64,000 nucleotides of DNA from Eledone cirrhosa (Eukaryota), in NCBI GenBank assembly GCA_964016885.1, contig OZ024741.1:343046001-343110000 (forward strand), in the 5' to 3' direction. A program made the translations under genes and the position numbers. How positions within the stretch are numbered: position 1 is the stretch's first letter; each line of letters opens with the position of its first letter. The notes below the pieces were generated by a model that saw nothing but the letters and a program-made list of their open reading frames with translations, was not told where the DNA came from and did not search any database. Positions 58,715 to 64,000 of the stretch are shown one piece after another.

Positions 58715-59055
58715 TGGGAGGGTCGTGGGGGCAGTGTCCTCAGACATGCCTTTTAAATCGTCCTTTCAGTATCAGCCGTCTCTGATTGATCCGACTTGAT
58801 CCCCAAGTGAAACCAACTGAGCTCATGGAGGTTATCCAACCTTCTTGCTCGGGGTCTACCTCTGGGTGTAATTTCGGTTAGATTTGCCAGTAAAATCTGT
58901 CAAGCAATTCTTTCCTTAGACATTCTAACTACATGTCCGTAGTATCGAGGCTGTGATCTATCGATTCGGAGAACCACTCCCTCATTTCGGAGATACGCAC
59001 TCTATCGACTAACATTACCCCAAAGAACCTTCGGAGTAACCTGATTTCAGTCGCT
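58715..59055 (-). mobile_element. RTE LINE 3' fragment
   Basis: Minus strand RSQPRYYGHVVRMSKERIA*QILL...PRGRPR. Confidence 0.7.
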
Positions 59056-59194
59056 TGTAATAAAATTAAAAATGAAAGATATCAACAAAAGGTAATGTAA
59101 TAAAATTCACAATATTGAAGAAATAAGATAATAGATAAAACGTCAGATCTCTCCATGACAAGCCGCTTCGTATTTGTGCTATGGTATCATCCTA

Positions 59195-59495
59195 TAACTC
59201 CTGGAGGGGTCATAAGGGTGCCGTAGTGATTTACGTCGTTCCTTGGACATTTTTAGCCTGGCGGAGTCCTTCCTACTCCAGGCCTGAGTACAACAGATTT
59301 CTTGAAGAGAATGATAGAAAGTGACAAGGGGGAAGTGAGAAAGAAATGTGGATCAACCCCAGTACTAGATTGATACTTTTCTTATCGGCTTCGAAAGGAC
59401 AGAAGTTGCCCTCAGCAGGATTTGAACTCAGAGAGAAGAGAACCGGAAGGAATACCACAAAGCATTCTATCCGACGCTTTAACGACTTTGCCGTT
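59195..59495 (-). mobile_element. SINE A-type head with alternative tail (also 60222-60545 +)
   Basis: Tail ggactccgccagg...cgtaaatcactacggcaccc. Confidence 0.65.
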
Positions 59496-61199
59496 TTGTA
59501 ATTATCTGAATAGAAAAATGCTTCCCACATAAAATCTTAAATTCTAGCTGATTTTAACAAAAGAGATCTTTCTTAAGCCTATCCGACTTTCATCTACATC
59601 CTTCAAATGAAACTATATAATTAAAATCCACTAAACCTAAAATTAATAGCCTTCATTTTAGATGTCCACCTATTCGATTAGCAAGATCGTGATTTGAGCT
59701 TCGCCTTCATTTCTATAACTTTGAAGAAGGCTGCTGCAAGTATTAAAGACATAACTAACAATAAAACAAATATAATTTAAGATACACAGAGTCTTAATAT
59801 CCCAATATTAAGTTCTTTAACATACTACTACACTCTGCTCATAAATGTTTTCATTAAAAAGTATAGTATGCACATTATAACACATACATCGATACATAAA
59901 CACAATGATCTCTTTGTTTTATGTCTTTTTAGACGATGATCTTCAAGACATTGTCTGTTTGTCTCTCTTGTTATATTTCAATTCACCTTCTCTCTTTTTC
60001 TCTCAGTTTTTCTCTAAAACACACCCTATGAATTCTTTCTGGAAACGAAACAGTCAACAGTTCAGAATTTGGTTGGGTTTTATCTTCACTCAGGTTTTAG
60101 GAAAAACATATTATTTTGGTATGGTAGAAAGTAGGGAAGGTACATTGTTCGAAATTTACTCGATAACCTTAGTAAAGTACACATTGCAGTTGTGATATTT
60201 ATAGAACTTCTCTATTTCTGTTAGGTGGCGAATTAGAAGAGTCATTAGAACGTCGGAGAGAATGATTTGCGGCATTCGTTTCGGCTCACTGCTCTCTGGG
60301 TTCAAATCGCGCCGAAGTCAACTTTATCTTTCATCCATTCGAGGTCGATAGAAAAGTACCTGTCTAGTAGTGGGGTCGATTTTTCCTCTATAACTCTCTC
60401 TTACCTCCATTCTCTCAGACTCTCTCTATCATTCTCTGGAAGAAAATGCTGTTTTCAATCCTGGAGTGGAGATCAGCTCCGCCAGGTTAAAGAAAAAAAG
60501 AAATGCCCCAGAAACGCCGTATGTCAACACGGCGTCCCTACGAAACGAACCGTTTGTATATGAATACAAAAATGAACTCGACTTGCTTACCGGGGAAAAC
60601 AATATTCTGTCCCTCATGGACATGATTTTTATTTCTATGTTCTCTAGTATGCTACCATGTTCCATTTTGGCAGGTTGGTAGAGTAATGATGAGTTCTTCC
60701 AAAACAAAGTATATATATATATATAAAGTCTGTCTTAAGGCTGAAGCTCATTTGGCCGGTGCTTATCCCGGTCTCATGGCGTGAAGCGACTGAGAGTACA
60801 AGACACCCCACTCTGGACAGGACGCCGATCCATCGCAGGGTTGAACGCCCAGCTATTGCTGGAACACTTTTTCAGCTGAGTATACTGGAGCACGTGAAAT
60901 GAAGTATTTTGCTCAAGAACACAACACGCAACCCAGGAATCGAACCTATGACATAATGATCGTAAGTCCAACACCATTACCACTAGGCCACGTGCCTCCA
61001 CATACACATATATACATATATACATCGGTATATTTGTGTGAGCTTCTATGCATATATATATTGGACTGTTTGCATACGAAATCTAAAGTAAAACGACAAA
61101 TAAACACCATTACGGATCTATCTATCTATCTTCGGAGACGATAGACGTCTTTTTGTTTTGCTCCTGCATTTTGTTGGATATTTGTTACGAGAAGCTGTA

Positions 61200-64000
61200 G
61201 GTTTGTTAAGTAACTTGTTATTTGTTTTGTTTAACCCCTCGCCTGGGTCTGCAGACGTTGGGTAAAATAAATTTGTCTATGAAAAGTCGTTTAGTGATAA
61301 TGGATTCCATTAATACATCGCATACGACATATGCCACATCTCCCCGCCCCAAGGAAAGTGATAGAGAGAAGGTAGCAGCACAACGCTCTAAGCCTTCCCT
61401 CCTCACTCCCGCAAAAGACACCATGAACACGGAATTAAAAGAAAAATTTGTGGAAATGGGTGCAAACCCCAAAAGTTACAATTACGCAAACAAGAACAAC
61501 AATGACAATAACAACACAACCAACAACAGCAATAATGACAACACTAACAAAGGAAAAAATGAAGTCAACACGAATAACAACAACAACAATGATAACAACA
61601 ATAAGACCAAAGAAAACGGACCCACAACTGGAGTCTCCTTCGCACAGGCGTTTCGAGAAACATAAACATACAAGGCACTGAATATCTCAAATGCCAAGGA
61701 ATTGCTAAAAGAAGCAAGAAATTGTGTAACTTTCGGGGAAGGTGGGGAATTTACAATTACCTCCCCACAAGAAATTAGAGGAGACACAGTCCTGAGAACC
61801 ATAACCTTCAGGACAATTTACAACACAACTAGGAAACTGGCTCAATTATCCAAAAGCGAAATTGAGCTGGTCCTAAATAGTGCATGGAAAGATATCGCTT
61901 TCATACAGAAAGGGAAACTGTATGGAAGCATATCTGTTTTAATGAAAGATCAATTGGCGGCACGGAAATATTCTGTGTCGCCAATTGTATCCAAATCATA
62001 CACCTTTTTCCCCACATATTTGGGGGAAAAGAACACAAAAGATAAGAATCTCGGGCATCAGGCCAAATGCGAGCATTTGGTGGGTGCTAACAGGATTCTT
62101 AGAAGATGAGGACACAATCCTTTCGATAGTCGAGTCCACCGGGGGCGTATTCGGCGGCAATAGCCTTGAAGTTCTGGTCCAAATGAGACCAGAACGGATA
62201 GCAAGAATACCGCAGCGTGTGTCCGTGGACGGAGTCGCCTTCATAAACATTTATGTTGAGGGCAGGCGGCCTTCATGCTACCACTATTCAAGAAGTGGTC
62301 ACCTGAGGACTTCCTGTCCTCGTTTAAATGCCCCCCCCACCCTTAAAAAAGACGCTTCTGCCCACCCCACACACAACAACACAACCACCACCACCACCAC
62401 CACCACCACCACCACCACCACCACCACCACAAACACAACAACACAAGACACTGTACCACCCAACCCCTCCCCACCTAAAGCAAATACAAAAGCACCCTCA
62501 ACCACAACAAAACCTCAAAATATACCCCTCCCCAACAACACGGACGAGGACCCCTTATCAACTTCACCCAGTGACGACGAGGGAGAACCCTTTCAACCAG
62601 TAAAAAGAAAGAAAAGAAGGCACCATATTAACCACCAGCACAAACAGAACAAACATCAGAAACAAAAACCACCCCTCCCGAAAACATAACACATACTACA
62701 AAACGCAAACACACAGAAGAACAACAAACAAAAACAAACACAGCACAACAAAAACAGTATACATACATCAACAGAAACAACAAAATACTTGTACAATCAA
62801 TAGACAAAGACCCTTCGGTGGAAACCGAAGGGAAAACGTTCACCAACGCGGCGAATAAACCGCATTTAAAAATGATTAGGGTCCCAAGGGACACCTACGC
62901 AATGCTCAAACAAAACTTTCCCGAGGACGTGGGGAACCCCTGTAATAGACCTACCAACCGCGTCTTTTTGAAATGTTTCCCCACCACCACCCCAGACACC
63001 CCTTCCCCACCAAACACCCGCACCCCACCACACACTGATTCCTCACCACATCCCAAACCACCACCCCACCAAACAACCCCTCCAACAAACACCCCCATGG
63101 AAATTGTGCAGACTGGTCCCCAGGAGAAGGAGAGGTAGGTGTCTTTTCCTTTTCTCCACTTTAACTCTTCACCACCAACATGGCTGTTATAAGAGTTGTA
63201 TGTTTAAATGTGCGCGGCCTGGGGATGTCCTGGAAGCAGGGCAAACTCTTAAATGACCTCAGGTCGCACAGAATGGATGTATTAGCTATTTGCGAGTCCA
63301 GGATCAGAAGCGAGCACCAACTGGCCCCCATCTTCGACGACTTTGACATCTATGCATCTCTCTGTCAGCCGGGGGGTGGAGGTGGGGTTGTCGTTCTGCT
63401 TCGAAAACACCTGGGCTTCGCAACACGGAAGGTACACCTGGACCCGGAGGGTCGATTGGTGGTTCTAGACGTCGGCAGTAGTGAAAGTGGAGCCTTCAGG
63501 CTGGTGGGAACGTATGCCCCATCTGGGACACCGCGACCGGACTTCTTCCAACGTCTAGAGACTTTTCTGGGAACGCCCCGCTCCTTGCTTTTAGTGGAGG
63601 ACTGGAATGGTATCCTGGATGCACATTGGCACTATGTAGGGGCATGTCCCGATAGAGGGGAGTGTAACAGCCTCAAACGGTTAATCGGCCGATTTGACCT
63701 GGCCGATAGATATCGACTAGATTTTCCGACTGTGCCACTGTGGACGTGAACTAATCGTAAAGGAACATCTAGGTCGTACCTAGATAGGATCCTAGTTAAA
63801 ATTAAGGATAGGGACATATTAAACTGTCCACGAATGTTTATGGTTGACTATTCAGATCACAAGTTACTGATCTGCGTAGTCAACCTTGATAGAACCCATA
63901 GACAGAGACCCGGTTACTGGAAGCTAAATTTGTCCTTACCGACAAACAAAGCTTACAGTAAACGGATTAGCACTTTAGTTAAGCAGGGGTTGACGGGGGC
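61200..64000 (+). mobile_element. 5' part of a Tx1/L1-clade LINE, running off the window end
   Basis: Frameshifted ORF1 with degenerate zinc knuckle CYHYSRSGHLRTSCP; ORF2 APE endonuclease follows. Confidence 0.85.
63180..64000 (+). pseudogene. LINE ORF2 APE endonuclease domain with in-frame stop
   Basis: LNVRGL, DVLAICES, GGVVVLL, EDWN, TGA at 63747, then in frame SYLDRILV, YSDH, PGYWKLNLSL. Confidence 0.88.

Overview
Repeat-saturated, AT-rich eukaryotic genomic DNA. The SINE families and the extreme (TA)n/(CA)n load suggest a cephalopod (Octopus-like) genome; this is an inference. No host gene can be called confidently, and almost all ORFs in the track are microsatellite artefacts. Recognisable content: decayed hAT (hATm-like) and mariner transposons, several MITEs, LINE relics (RTE, R4/Dong, CRE, Tx1/L1), a Penelope GIY-YIG relic, two or three tRNA-SINE families, a short RTE-related non-autonomous family and large CAA/CAT/CCA minisatellites. 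The main hidden signal is a dense, sequence-diverse set of short non-coding elements, mostly in or abutting (TA)n tracts. They show fold-back or partial-tandem architecture and carry type I hammerhead ribozyme motifs (about 5 with intact cores, about 7 variant or truncated). Several motifs have unusually long stem II insertions, and one family pair shows compensatory base changes in all three stems. These look like Penelope-dependent, retrozyme-like elements. All structures were folded by eye; no database search was run.
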